In this document: positions 33,775 to 44,313 of the stretch, piece by piece
Position numbering within the stretch: position 1 is the stretch's first letter
How the letters are laid out: every line of letters begins with the position of its first letter
The notes under the pieces: generated by a model
The model's database searches: none
Seen by the model: only the letters and a program-made list of their open reading frames with translations
Told to the model about the DNA's origin: nothing
Made by a program: the position numbers and the translations under genes
Assembly (NCBI GenBank): GCA_963795855.1
Contig: CAWCIZ010000003.1
Span: 896,001-960,000 of the forward strand
Length of the DNA stretch: 64,000 nt
Origin: Vulcanimicrobiota bacterium
GTDB taxonomy: Bacteria; Vulcanimicrobiota; Vulcanimicrobiia; Vulcanimicrobiales; Vulcanimicrobiaceae
Direction of reading: 5' to 3'

Positions 33775-34074
33775 TTAGCCGCCTGCAATGGCGCCGACCA
33801 CGAGAAACGGCTCTGCGCCGCGTCCTACCGCATCCGGAAGCGGTGCGTCGGGCGAATCGTGTGAGAGATCGCGCTCGCACGCGAAAAACCGGATGAATGC
33901 GCGCCGCTTTTGCGTTGCAGGGTCGCGCATCGTCCCGAGCAGCATCGGAAAGCGCTCCTCTATGGCGCCGAGCACAGCGCGCTGCGTGGGCGTGCCGTCG
34001 AGTTCCACCTGCAGTTCGCCCGCGATCCTTGCGAGCGCGCGAAGATGCGCGGGAAGGACAACGCGGACGGTCAT
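33775..34074 (-). CDS. MoaD/ThiS family ubiquitin-like sulfur carrier
   Basis: VVLPAHLR start; C-terminal AIAGG. Confidence 0.88.
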   Translation of the reverse strand: MTVRVVLPAHLRALARIAGELQVELDGTPTQRAVLGAIEERFPMLLGTMRDPATQKRRAFIRFFACERDLSHDSPDAPLPDAVGRGAEPFLVVGAIAGG

Positions 34075-34093
34075 GCCCAACGGTATCGCCGCC

Positions 34094-35209
34094 TTACGGA
34101 AGCGTCTGCGCTTCGACGGAAAGCACGGCCGGCAAATCGCGGACGATCGCCTTCCACGAATCGCCTGCATCCGCCGACGCATACACCTGACCGCCGGTCG
34201 TGCCGAAATAGACTCCGCACGATTCAAGCCCATCGACCGACATCGCGTCGCGGAGCACGTTCACGTAGCAGTCCCGCTGCGGTAAGCCGTTCGTGAGCGC
34301 TTCCCACTCGTCTCCGCCGCTGCGGCTGCGATACACTTGCAGTTTGCCGTCGAGCGGAAAATGCTCGGAATCGCTTTTGATCGGGACGACGTAAACCGTT
34401 TCCGGATCGTGCGCGTGAACGTCCACGACGAACCCGAAGTCCGTCGGGAGATTTCCGCTGATTTCACGCCAAGAGTCGCCGGCGTCGTCCGTCCGCATCA
34501 CGTCCCAATGCTTCTGCATAAACAGCACGTTCGGACGCGACGGATGCATTGCGATGCGGTGCACGCAGTGACCCACCTCCGCGTCGGGATCGGGAATGTA
34601 CTCCGACTTCAACCCGCGATTGATCGGCTTCCACGTTTTGCCGCCGTCATCGGTGCGAAACGCGCCGGCCGCGGAGATCGCGACGAAGATGCGCTGCGCG
34701 TCCGCCGGGTCGAGAACGATCGTGTGGAGGCACATGCCGCCTGCACCGGGCTGCCACGACGAGCCCGTGCTGTGCGTGCGCAAGCCGGCCAGTTCACTCC
34801 ACGTGCCGCCGCCGTCGGTCGACTTGAAGAGCGCCGCATCCTCCACGCCGGCATAGACGGTGTCGGGATCGGACAGCGAGGGCTCGATATGCCAAACGCG
34901 CTTGAATTCCCATGGGTGCGGCGTGCCGTCGTACCACTGGTGGGTGCCCGGCACGCCGTCGTACGCGAACTGGTTTCCGACGGTTTCCCACGTCTTTCCG
35001 CCATCTTCGGATCGCTGCATGACTTGCCCGAACCACCCGCTGGTCTGAGACGCGAATATCCGGTCCGGATTCGCCGGCGAGCCTTTGAGGTGGTACATTT
35101 CCCAACCGGCGAAATGCGGTCCGCCGACGTCCCACTTTTCGCGTTTCTCGTCGGACGTCAAAATGAATGCGCCCTTGCGCGTTCCTACCAATAACCGTAC
35201 GCCGCTCAT
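34094..35209 (-). CDS. BNR/Asp-box beta-propeller (sialidase-like) protein
   Basis: LLVGTRKG; repeated S/T.DGG.TW Asp boxes; CVHRI and QKHWDV. Confidence 0.88.
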   Translation of the reverse strand: MSGVRLLVGTRKGAFILTSDEKREKWDVGGPHFAGWEMYHLKGSPANPDRIFASQTSGWFGQVMQRSEDGGKTWETVGNQFAYDGVPGTHQWYDGTPHPWEFKRVWHIEPSLSDPDTVYAGVEDAALFKSTDGGGTWSELAGLRTHSTGSSWQPGAGGMCLHTIVLDPADAQRIFVAISAAGAFRTDDGGKTWKPINRGLKSEYIPDPDAEVGHCVHRIAMHPSRPNVLFMQKHWDVMRTDDAGDSWREISGNLPTDFGFVVDVHAHDPETVYVVPIKSDSEHFPLDGKLQVYRSRSGGDEWEALTNGLPQRDCYVNVLRDAMSVDGLESCGVYFGTTGGQVYASADAGDSWKAIVRDLPAVLSVEAQTLP

Positions 35210-35302
35210 GCAAGAACCTCCGAAGGGGGCCGTCTTTGCTCTTGGGCGCCGCCTCCCTTCGCGGCGGAAGTTGCAAACTCGCCGGCGCGCGAAAGGGGCT
35301 TT

Positions 35303-35782
35303 ATGCGCAAAGTAAATTCAAATACGCTGGAAGAATTTCAATGGTCGTCGCCAAAGGGAAAATTCGTTGCCTCCGGCAGAGAAGTTTCCGAAGCGCTCGG
35401 ACGCGATCCGAAATCCACGGATTTGATGGAACGCCATCCATTCGACGTGGAGATCCTACGCATACCGCCCGGCAAAGCGGCGTACCCGTACCACTCGCAT
35501 AGCGCGCAGTGGGAATTCTACCACGTCATCTCCGGCAGCGGATCGGTTCGGCACGCCGAGGGTGCGACGCGGGTCGAGACCTGCGATGCGTTCCTTTTCA
35601 AACCCGGAGAACCGCATCAAATCCTCAACGACACGGCGCAAGACCTCGTGCTCTACGTCGTCGCCGACAATCCGATCGGCGAAACGCACTACTATCCCGA
35701 TAGTGGGAAGTGGGGCGTGCCGATTCCCGAGCGCCGCGTCCTGCGCTCCGAGCACCTGGACTATTTCGACGGCGAAGAGTAG
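35303..35782 (+). CDS. cupin domain protein
   Basis: PYHSH...WEFYHVISG and PGEPHQI metal-binding motifs. Confidence 0.85.
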   Translation: MRKVNSNTLEEFQWSSPKGKFVASGREVSEALGRDPKSTDLMERHPFDVEILRIPPGKAAYPYHSHSAQWEFYHVISGSGSVRHAEGATRVETCDAFLFKPGEPHQILNDTAQDLVLYVVADNPIGETHYYPDSGKWGVPIPERRVLRSEHLDYFDGEE

Positions 35783-35894
35783 GCCGCGCGGCGCGCTTGG
35801 CGGCTCGAAGATTTACCACTTGCACAAAGGCGCCTTCGCGCGGCTATCCAACCGGTGGACCAACCCACCGCACGTGAAGAGGACGTAACGAACG

Positions 35895-37322
35895 ATGGCT
35901 GATCTCCGCGATTTCCTCGAACTCTCGTATGGCGAACTCGAGGAGATGAATCTCGAGGCAAAGCAGCAGCGCAAAAACCGGGCGAAGGCGGATAAGGTTC
36001 AGGAACAGCGCCTCAAGTATCTGACGGACGAAAAACGCATAAAAGCCGTCACGGTACTCTTCAGCGATCTCGAAGGCCGCCTGCAGATGCTGGATTACGA
36101 CAAAAAATTCTTGCTCAAGTCGCACGACAATCTCACGTTCGACGGCTCCTCCATCCGCGGTTTTACGGCGCAGCGCGAAAGCGATCTGCGCTTGTTCTTG
36201 GACTGGAGTTCGTTCTATTGGGCGCCCGCGGACGTGTTCGGCCCCGGCAAAGTGCTGGTATTCGGCGAAGTCGAAGATCGCGAAGGCAAGCCGTACACCG
36301 CCGACGTGCGCGGATTGCTGAAAACCTATTCGAACGAGTGTTTCGAGAAGCACGGGTACACGCTCAACGCCGCAAACGAAATCGAGGGATTTCTCTTTCA
36401 GGGGCTCGACGCGGAACGCCGGTTTCACGAAACCGGCAAGTTCGACTACGTCAACACCGGCGGTTATTATCATTCGTTGCCCGGCGACCCGCTGCGCACG
36501 TTCATCGACACGGTCGCCGAAGTACAGCGCGCGATGGGCTTTCAAAACGAAAAAGATCACCCCGAAGTGGCACCCTCTCAGTTCGAAATCAACTATTCCT
36601 ATGGCGAAGTCGTCTCGGCGGCCGATCAAATCCAACTCTACAAACTGATTTGCCGCCAAGTCGCCACGAAATTCGGCATGACGGCGAGTTTTTTGCCCAA
36701 GCCCGTCGTCGGCGTGAACGGCAGCGGCATGCATACGAACGTATCGGTCAGCAAAGGCGAGAAGAATCTGTTCTGGGAACCCAGCGGCGAGGAAAAACTG
36801 AGCGATTTCGCTTGGAAATTCGTCGACCGCATGTTGACGCACGGCAACGACGTGTGCCTCATGCTCAACGCGAGCGTGAATGCATACCGCCGGCTCGACC
36901 CGCATTTCGAGGCGCCGAACCAGATCAAGGCCTCGGCGGTGGACCGCGGATCGATGGTGCGCATTCCGATCGGCAACGAACGCAGTTCGCGCATCGAAGT
37001 CCGTTCCGTCGGCCCCGATGCCAACCCGTACCTCGTCATGCTCTCGGTATTCAAGACCGGCCTGGACGGCAACATCTCCGGCGAGAGCAACCTGCGGCAA
37101 GCGGAGCATTATTTGCCGGACAACATCTACGATGCGCTCTCGAACTTCCGCACGTCGAAGTGGACCGCGCACTTACTGGGTGAAGACGTGAAAACGCGCT
37201 ACGCCGATCTGAAACAAGCCAGCGCGGACCGCTGCCCGCGTCTGCTCGGAACGTTCGTGAAACCGCAGGAAGTGCAGTATCATCACGAAGTCTACAATCA
37301 GTACCTGTGGAATCTGTTTTAG
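35895..37322 (+). CDS. glnA: glutamine synthetase family (type I)
   Basis: FDGSSIRGF, HPEVAPSQFEI, PKP...NGSGMH, RIEVRS.GPDANPYL. Confidence 0.9.
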   Translation: MADLRDFLELSYGELEEMNLEAKQQRKNRAKADKVQEQRLKYLTDEKRIKAVTVLFSDLEGRLQMLDYDKKFLLKSHDNLTFDGSSIRGFTAQRESDLRLFLDWSSFYWAPADVFGPGKVLVFGEVEDREGKPYTADVRGLLKTYSNECFEKHGYTLNAANEIEGFLFQGLDAERRFHETGKFDYVNTGGYYHSLPGDPLRTFIDTVAEVQRAMGFQNEKDHPEVAPSQFEINYSYGEVVSAADQIQLYKLICRQVATKFGMTASFLPKPVVGVNGSGMHTNVSVSKGEKNLFWEPSGEEKLSDFAWKFVDRMLTHGNDVCLMLNASVNAYRRLDPHFEAPNQIKASAVDRGSMVRIPIGNERSSRIEVRSVGPDANPYLVMLSVFKTGLDGNISGESNLRQAEHYLPDNIYDALSNFRTSKWTAHLLGEDVKTRYADLKQASADRCPRLLGTFVKPQEVQYHHEVYNQYLWNLF

Positions 37323-37340
37323 CGTAGCGTTCTGCTGCGG

Positions 37341-37517
37341 CTAAGTAGCCGTTGCGGTCGGGCTTGGGCTCGGGCTGGGACTTCTACTCGGTGTAGCCGT
37401 TGGGACGGGAGCCATTGGGCCCGCCGGAATGCCGCCGTTCGTGTTGCAGGCCGAAACAGCGGCCAGCACGCAAGTCGCGATCAGCGCGCAGAACAACGCC
37501 TTCAGTATTCTCGCCAT
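37341..37517 (-). CDS. 58-aa small lipoprotein with Pro/Ser/Thr tail
   Basis: MARILKALFCALIATCVLAAVSA-C-NTNGGIPAGPMAPVPTATPSRSPSPSPSPTATAT*; lipobox VSAC; below the ORF-track cutoff. Confidence 0.7.
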   Translation of the reverse strand: MARILKALFCALIATCVLAAVSACNTNGGIPAGPMAPVPTATPSRSPSPSPSPTATAT

Positions 37518-37581
37518 GGCTCAGGTGGGCTATTTGTGGTCCATGAGGGCTTTTCCCGCCGCTGTTGAACATGTCGCGCCA

Positions 37582-39103
37582 ATGCGAGCACGAGCGCAAA
37601 ACGCGGCCTCCGTCGACAGCGCACGCGAACTGTTTCAGGCCGCCGAGTTTACTTCCGCCGCGGCGACACTTCGCGCGCTTCTCGAGCAAAGGCCGGACGC
37701 CGTCGATGCGGCTCTACTCCTGGCACGGATTGAGATGCGCCTCGGCGAGCCGGCGGACGCGCTTGCAACGCTGACTCGATTCGGACGATTTGCGCGTAAA
37801 AGCGCGAAACCGGAACTGACGATGCTCAAAGCGGTGGCGTTCGCGCGTTCGGGCGACGCTGCTTCCGCGCGAACGCATTTTCGTAGCGCGCAAGCGCTCA
37901 TTGGGCCGGACGATGCATCCTACCCGGAACTGATCTATCAAATCGCCGCTAACGAATGGATGGAACGCCGCCTCGATAAAGCCGAAAAGTTGCTCGAGCG
38001 TATGCCGGAGGTACGGACTAGCGAGATCGATTTGCACGCGCGAATTTTGCACGGGGCGATAGCCTCGGCGAGCGAAAATCTTGCCGCGCAGGGCGCCATT
38101 CTGCTCGATGCTATACGGTGCACCGACGCCGCGGGCGCGGACGTTTATCTCTACGGCATGCTCGTGACGCAGATTGCGTCGCTTGCACTCGAGTCTGCCC
38201 AGCACCGCGCTGCGGGACGCCGCAATCGAACGCGTGGAAACGGTAAGGTGGACAACGGATATTGCGGATCTTCACTTTCACGCTGCTCGCGCGATAGCGT
38301 GGCGACACGCTTTGGACGGCGATGAATTCAGCGCTTTTCGCCGCTTGAAAGAAGCGCTCAACGCAGCGAATTCGGACGCGTGGCGCGTCGCCGCGCTGAC
38401 GGATCGCGCCTACCTTGCCGCGGTGCTCGGCGAGCGGCGCTGGGCCGCGCAAGAGTTGCGCGACGCGCACGACCTTGCCTCGAAGATCGACTGGGCAAGC
38501 GTCGCAGGCGAGGAGAAACTCGCTCTCCCCGTGCTCGCGGAGCTTTTCGCAGGCCGCGACCCTTCAGTCGCCATCGCCTACGTGACGACGTTCAAGAAGC
38601 TCGATAGGAATTTTCCGCGTATTCTTTCGTCTCGGCGCGATCGGCGGGTCGACGCGCTCGAAGCGTTTTCGCTCGGGCGCGTGCAACTGGCGCTCGGCGA
38701 ACGCCGCGAAGCGCGGCGGCTGCTCGAAAACGCGTGGTCGATTTACGATACGCTCGGGATGCAGTGGCGCGCGGGCCGTGCGGCGCTTTCGCTCCTAGAG
38801 ATCGACGCAAAGGGCCCTTGGCGCCAGCGGGCGGATCGGGCGCTCGAGCACTATCCGCGCAGTTGGCTCGTCCGTAAGGGGGTGACGCCGGGGGCTGTCG
38901 TCGCTGCCGCGCACCACGCTCCGCAACTGACGCCCGCGCAAAGGACTGTTTTGGACTTGCTTCTGGAGGGCCGCGGCACCGACGAAATATCGCGAACGCT
39001 GGGACGCAGCGCGTTTACGGTTCGCAACCACATCAAGGCGATTTTCAAGGCGTACGGCGTCACGTCCCGAGCGGCACTCATCGTTAGAGCTACAAGAGGC
39101 TAG
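37582..39103 (+). CDS. TPR-like + C-terminal LuxR HTH transcriptional regulator (frameshift at 38194; alternative start 37543)
   Basis: Ala/Leu-rich helical repeats; LTPAQRTVLDLLLEG...EISRTLGRSAFTVRNHIKAIFKAYGV.SRAAL. Confidence 0.85.
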
Positions 39104-39110
39104 GCAAACT

Positions 39111-39545
39111 ATGGTACGCCGCTCCTTCGCCGCCTCTTTTGCCGCAGTCGCGCTTCTCTTTACACTACTCGCAGCATGCGCCGGCCCCGCCTCCATTCCG
39201 GTGGAGAGTGCAGCCGACACGGCGGTGATCCAAGAGTCCGCCAACACTTGTGCGACGACGTACACGGTTCACCGCGATGGTACCGCTCAGCGCACGGTGC
39301 AAACGTGCGGTTCCGGCACGCTGAACGAAACGCTGCCGCCTAGCGTGACGTCGAAGCTTTTCTCCGATCTGCAATCCGCGCAGCCGCTCGGAGCGCTGCC
39401 GCGAGCTCTCACCGTCGACACTGACCTCATCATCGCGTGGAATGCACAGCAGACGCCCAATATCGAAGGCGCCGGCACCAACGTTATCGAGCAATCGCTG
39501 CTGGGTGACGTCAAGACGATCGAGCAAACCTTTCCAGCTCAATAG
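39111..39545 (+). CDS. hypothetical lipoprotein
   Basis: Lipobox LAAC; begins 7 nt after the regulator stop. Confidence 0.75.
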   Translation: MVRRSFAASFAAVALLFTLLAACAGPASIPVESAADTAVIQESANTCATTYTVHRDGTAQRTVQTCGSGTLNETLPPSVTSKLFSDLQSAQPLGALPRALTVDTDLIIAWNAQQTPNIEGAGTNVIEQSLLGDVKTIEQTFPAQ

Positions 39546-39658
39546 AGACGTCGTCGTCACGGCGGGAGCGCACGCTTGGCCATGCACCAAAGCGCCGATC
39601 CCGCATTACCTCGGCGCGCGTAAAGCTTTGAGCAGAAGTATGAACGTATCGCGCAGAC

Positions 39659-41390
39659 ATGCCGAGATTTGTTCTCGGTATGACTTCCCTTGGTACGGTT
39701 TTACGATTCGCCGCAGTTGCGGCACTTTCAGCGACCTTCGCCGCATGCGGAGGCGGGCAATCCCCACTCGACATCACCCCTGCTACGACGACAACCGGTT
39801 TCTCTACCGCGAGAACCGCGCAAACGACGACTGCTGCGGCCGCGCCGGCTCTGACGCTGTCCGGCAACGTCATCAGCGCGGATATCTACAAAATCGCCGT
39901 CAAGACGACGCATCCGAGCTGCGGCACGATGTACGTCTACTACAACAGGAAGACGACGAAATTCTATCCGTACATCGGCTATCCGATCAAAGCCGGTATG
40001 CCGATTCAAGCTTCGGGTGCGGGCGCGTGCACGAACCGCGGTTCGCTAAACGCAAACGCAGTGACGTACACGGGCGCGGCGACGCCGCCGGCTTCGGCTA
40101 CGCCAGCGCCGAGCGTGTCACCGCCTCCCGTACCGGGAGCCTTGACGCCGCCCGGCACGACGGCATTCATGCCGAGCAGCTGGGGCGAGATCAGCGCGTT
40201 CCAAGTCTTCGACGAGACTTCGAACGGTTTCATCACGCAGACCGCAGACTTCGAATGACGGATGGCGCTACACCGCCGTGTGGGGTTCGCGGTGGAACAT
40301 CGGCACCGCGTGGAACAAAAGTAATCCGTCGCTCGAGAGCGGCTACTACAATGCGCTCGAAACCGATCCGAGTTACACCGGATGGGGTGCGATCGGCCAT
40401 AATCTTGCTTGGTGGAATGCGAATCATCCCGACTGGGTGTTATACGCGTGCACGTCCGCCGGAACGCCAAGCGCGAATCCGGCGTACGTACCGGGACTGA
40501 ACACGAACATTCCGCTCGACATTCACAATCCGGCCGTCGTCCAATATCAAGTTCGCGCCATGGCGAACTATGCGCACGCGATGGGCTATCGCGCGCTCGC
40601 GATCGACGAGGCGACCTTTTGGCAAGCCGATGCCGGCGCCGGCTCCGGTTCGTATGGCTGCGGGATTCGCCAAAACGGAGCGTGGGTGCAGCGGTACACG
40701 GGCGTAAACGATCCGAACTGGGCCGCCGACGTCGTGCAATGGACGAAAATCGCGCATAGTCTGCTTACGACGGATCCGGCGCTTGCGAGGTATCATCTCA
40801 AGCTGATCGTGAACCATCCCGCAAGCGGATTGTCGGCGAACGAAACGGCGCTGTTGTCGAACGTCGATGCCGATCTGGACGAAACGGGCTATAGCGATTA
40901 CGGCCGCTACCAGACCACGACCGCCAATACGTTCGTCATGCGTACGAATTGGGCGCAGTATGCGCAGCAACACGGCACGGCAATTTTGATGAACGCAAAC
41001 TGGGGCCGCGTTGCCGTCACCGCGCCGCGCTTCGACTATTCGATCGCGACGTACTTGATGGGCAATCTGCAAGCGGAGTCGATCTTCGTCTCGCCTTCGG
41101 CGGGATACGGCTTGGAGCAGTGGCATTCGGAGTATCAGACTGCGATCGGAGCGCCATGCGGAACCTATTACGGCGGCGCTTCGTACGACGCGGCAAATCC
41201 GAGCGTCTACTACCGCCGCTTCGGCAATGCGGTGGTGGTCGTCAACGCAGGCTCGGGAACGTCGAGCGAGGTGGCACATCTGCCCGCCGGACACACATAT
41301 ACCGACCTCGCCGGCCGTCCCGTTTCAAACCCCTTGACGCTCGCTTCGAATGACGGATACGTACTGCTCACGGCCAACGGCTGTCGCTAG
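39659..41390 (+). CDS. lipoprotein with putative glycoside-hydrolase-like TIM barrel (frameshift at 40248)
   Basis: Lipobox FAAC, Thr/Pro linkers, WWNANHPDWVLY, LAIDE, VYYRRFGNAVVVVN. Confidence 0.65.
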
Positions 41391-41457
41391 ACGGGTGTTG
41401 AAGGCGGCCCTCGCGGGAATCGCGGGGTCGCTCGGCCTCGCGCCTCGCCAAAAGGGG

Positions 41458-41486
41458 TAGTCACGGGCTTGCCGAGCCTGTATACT
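41458..41486 (+). promoter_or_regulatory. sigma70 promoter TAGTCA-N17-TATACT for the rpsR operon
   Basis: 4/6 match at -35, 5/6 at -10, 17-bp spacing. Confidence 0.55.
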
Positions 41487-41494
41487 CGAACCTG

Positions 41495-41627
41495 TTTTCC
41501 AAACGGAAATCCCCGCCCGCGGGGTAGTGGCGCGCGTCAGGCGCGTCACTTCGCTAGGGTCGCTATTCCTCGTCCCGAGATAGGGCAGGCTAGCGGCCGT
41601 CAACCACCTAGTGAAAGGACAAGAGCA
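41495..41627 (+). ncRNA. structured 5' leader of rpsR, S6:S18-leader-like candidate
   Basis: Hairpin agtggcgcgc/gcgcgtcact; stems ttcgctagg/cctagtgaa and gtcgcta/tagcggc; anti-SD TCCT followed by CCG and a hairpin before SD GAAAGGA. Confidence 0.5.
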
Positions 41628-41876
41628 ATGGCTAGCACCAAGGCCAAACGGGCCGTTAAAGAGCGTCGCCCTAAGCGTAAAGCGTGCAATTTTTGCGCCG
41701 AGAAAGCGCTCGATATCAACTACAAGGACGTCGCCCGTCTCAAGAAGTTCGTTTCGGAACGCGGCAAAATTCTACCGCGCCGCATCTCCGGCAACTGCGC
41801 CCGCCACCAGCGCCTGCTCACCGTCGCAGTAAAGCGCGCTCGCGTCATCGCATTTTTACCGTTCGTCACCGAATAG
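41628..41876 (+). CDS. rpsR: 30S ribosomal protein S18 (zinc-binding type)
   Basis: [29 protein letters not shown]. Confidence 0.98.
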   Translation: MASTKAKRAVKERRPKRKACNFCAEKALDINYKDVARLKKFVSERGKILPRRISGNCARHQRLLTVAVKRARVIAFLPFVTE

Positions 41877-41879
41877 GCC

Positions 41880-42326
41880 ATGAAGCTCATTTTGCTCAAC
41901 GACGTAAAAGCGCTCGGAAAGAAGGGCGCCTTGGTCGACGTAGCGGAGGGGTACGCGCGAAATTTTTTGCTGCCCCGCAAGCTGGCGGTCGAAGCGAACA
42001 AGGGCGCACTCACGATGCTTTCCGAGCAGCAAAAGGCCAAGGCAAAGCGCGAAGCGCAGATGCTGGCGGAAACCCATGAGATGGCCAAGCTGTTGGAGAG
42101 TAAGCCGGTAGCCGTACGTGCGAAGGCCGGCGGCAACGGCAAACTGTTCGGCACGGTGACGAACGCGGATATCGCGGACGCGATCACGCAGACGTTCTCT
42201 CTGTCGGTGGACAAGCACAAGATCGAAGTGAAAAATTCCATCAAAGCGCTGGGAGTCTACCCCGTAGAAATCCGGTTAGGGAAAAACGTCGTCGCGAAGA
42301 CGACCGTCAGCGTCGTCGCAGCGTAG
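41880..42326 (+). CDS. rplI: 50S ribosomal protein L9
   Basis: MKLILLNDVKALGKKG..V.VAEGYARNFLLP; GKLFGTVT. Confidence 0.98.
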   Translation: MKLILLNDVKALGKKGALVDVAEGYARNFLLPRKLAVEANKGALTMLSEQQKAKAKREAQMLAETHEMAKLLESKPVAVRAKAGGNGKLFGTVTNADIADAITQTFSLSVDKHKIEVKNSIKALGVYPVEIRLGKNVVAKTTVSVVAA

Positions 42327-42333
42327 CCTCGTC

Positions 42334-44313
42334 ATGGCCGGAGCGGGCGAAAATCCGTATCTCGCGCGTTTTCGCCGCAAGTTCGGCAGCGAAGACGAGA
42401 CGAGCCGTTATGTCTCGGCGCTGTATGACGTTCTAGCGAACACCATCGGCTCGGACAAGCTGGTGCTGCGCGCCGGGAAGATGAACGCGCTCAAACTGAT
42501 GCGTTCGACCGCGCTGCCGGACCGCATCTGCGCGCTCGCGCGTTTGGTCTTCGAGGATCCGACGCTCGAACGCGTTACGGGGCGAGCGAATTCGCGACGC
42601 GTCATTTCCGAGATCGAAGAACATCTGGCGGATCTCATCGCGCAGAAAAACGTCGAAGATTCGATCGAGCGCCGCATCAACACGAAAATGATCGAGCGCC
42701 ATCAAGAATACTTGAAGGACCTCAAACTCGAAGCATTGCGCGAGGACACCGGTCCCGAAACGCCCGCGACGCAGAAGAAGCTGGAGGAACTGCAGCAACT
42801 CGATGCTCGCGGTCTGGCGGCGTCGGCGCTGCAGCTGCTGCGCCCGCAATCGCTCAAGGAAGTGGTCGGACAAGAGTCCGCCATTCGCTCGCTGCTGGCA
42901 AAAATTTCGTCGCCGTATCCGCAGCACGTGATCCTCTACGGGCCGCCCGGTGTCGGCAAAACGACCGTCGCCCGTTTGGCGCTCGAAGTGGCGAAGAACC
43001 GCGCCTACACGCCTTTCAAAAAGGAAGCGCCGTTCGTCGAGGCAAGCGGAACGACGCTGCGCTGGGATCCGCGCGAGACGACGAATCCGCTGCTCGGCAG
43101 CGTGCACGACCCGATCTACCAGGGCAGCCGGCGCGAATTCGCCGAGGGCGGCATTCCCGAGCCGAAACTCGGCTTAGTGACGCGCGCCCACGGCGGCGTG
43201 CTCTTCATCGACGAGATCGGCGAGATGGACCCGCTGCTGCAAACGAAGATCCTCAAAGTTCTCGAAGACAAGAAGGTCACGTTCGAATCGTCGTATTATG
43301 ACGAATCCGCGTCGAACGTTCCCGAATACATCAAACGATTGTTTCGCGCCGGCGCGCCGGCCGATTTCATTCTCATCGGCGCCACGACGCGAGAACCGGA
43401 AGATATCGACGCCGCCATCCGCTCGCGCTGCGCGGCCGTGTACTTCGAACCGCTGACCCAGCATCAAATCGTGAGCATCGTCAACGGCGCAATCAAACGT
43501 CTGCGCGCGAAAGCCGCCCGAGGCGTCGCACCATTGATCGCCTCGTACACGATCGAAGGGCGTAAGGCCGTGCAGGTCGTTGCGGACGCCTACGGGCACG
43601 CGCTGTACCGAATTGCCGGCAGCCGCGCGAAGGTAGACGACGCGAAGCACGTCACTATCACCGAAGACGACGTGCGCGACGTCGTTCAGGCGAGTCGTCT
43701 CGTACAGCATACGACGGTAAAGGCGCGCTCGACGCGCGAAATCGGCAAAACCTTCGGCCTAGGCGTATTGCACTATTTGGGCAGCATCATCGAAATCGAA
43801 GCGGTCGCCTTCGGCTCCGGCGCGAGCGGCAAAGGCACCGTGCGTTTCAACGACGCAGCCGGAGCAATGGCGAAAGACAGCGTGTTCAACGCGGCTGCGG
43901 TGCTGCGCGCGGTAACCGGCTTGGACACGGCGAATCACGATTTGCACATCAACGTGATCGGCGGCGGAAACATCGATGGACCCTCTGCGGGCCTGGCGAT
44001 TTTCCTCGCTCTGTATTCTGCGCTCACGAAGACGCCGCTGCCGCAGGACGTTGCGATCACCGGCGAGCTGTCGATTCAAGGCAAGGTTCGTCCGGTCGGC
44101 GGTATCGTCGAGAAGTTGTATGCCGCAAGACAGGCGGGCATGCGCGCGATACTCGTGCCCAAGGAAAATCTTCGAGAAATTGACCGTACGCTCGCAGGAA
44201 TCGACGTCATTCCTATTACGTCGGTGGAGCAGGCGTTCCGCGCGCTTTCTCTCCACAAGAAATCCACAAGGCGAGTGACGCGCGGGCGGCGCAGTACTTC
44301 CGCCCGCTCATGA
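42334..44313 (+). CDS. lonC: Lon family ATP-dependent protease (LonC/LonB type)
   Basis: Walker A GPPGVGKT, Walker B FIDE, catalytic DGPSAG and GGIVEK. Confidence 0.9.
   Translation: MAGAGENPYLARFRRKFGSEDETSRYVSALYDVLANTIGSDKLVLRAGKMNALKLMRSTALPDRICALARLVFEDPTLERVTGRANSRRVISEIEEHLADLIAQKNVEDSIERRINTKMIERHQEYLKDLKLEALREDTGPETPATQKKLEELQQLDARGLAASALQLLRPQSLKEVVGQESAIRSLLAKISSPYPQHVILYGPPGVGKTTVARLALEVAKNRAYTPFKKEAPFVEASGTTLRWDPRETTNPLLGSVHDPIYQGSRREFAEGGIPEPKLGLVTRAHGGVLFIDEIGEMDPLLQTKILKVLEDKKVTFESSYYDESASNVPEYIKRLFRAGAPADFILIGATTREPEDIDAAIRSRCAAVYFEPLTQHQIVSIVNGAIKRLRAKAARGVAPLIASYTIEGRKAVQVVADAYGHALYRIAGSRAKVDDAKHVTITEDDVRDVVQASRLVQHTTVKARSTREIGKTFGLGVLHYLGSIIEIEAVAFGSGASGKGTVRFNDAAGAMAKDSVFNAAAVLRAVTGLDTANHDLHINVIGGGNIDGPSAGLAIFLALYSALTKTPLPQDVAITGELSIQGKVRPVGGIVEKLYAARQAGMRAILVPKENLREIDRTLAGIDVIPITSVEQAFRALSLHKKSTRRVTRGRRSTSARS

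Noticed and set aside
39562..39604. Hairpin between two lipoprotein genes as a riboswitch
   Set aside because: A stem-loop (gcggga/tcccgc) is present but has no recognisable aptamer motif or U-tract
41495..41627. SRP RNA, 6S RNA or tRNA upstream of rpsR
   Set aside because: Lacks the SRP domain IV motif, the 6S central bubble layout and a cloverleaf; better read as a 5' leader
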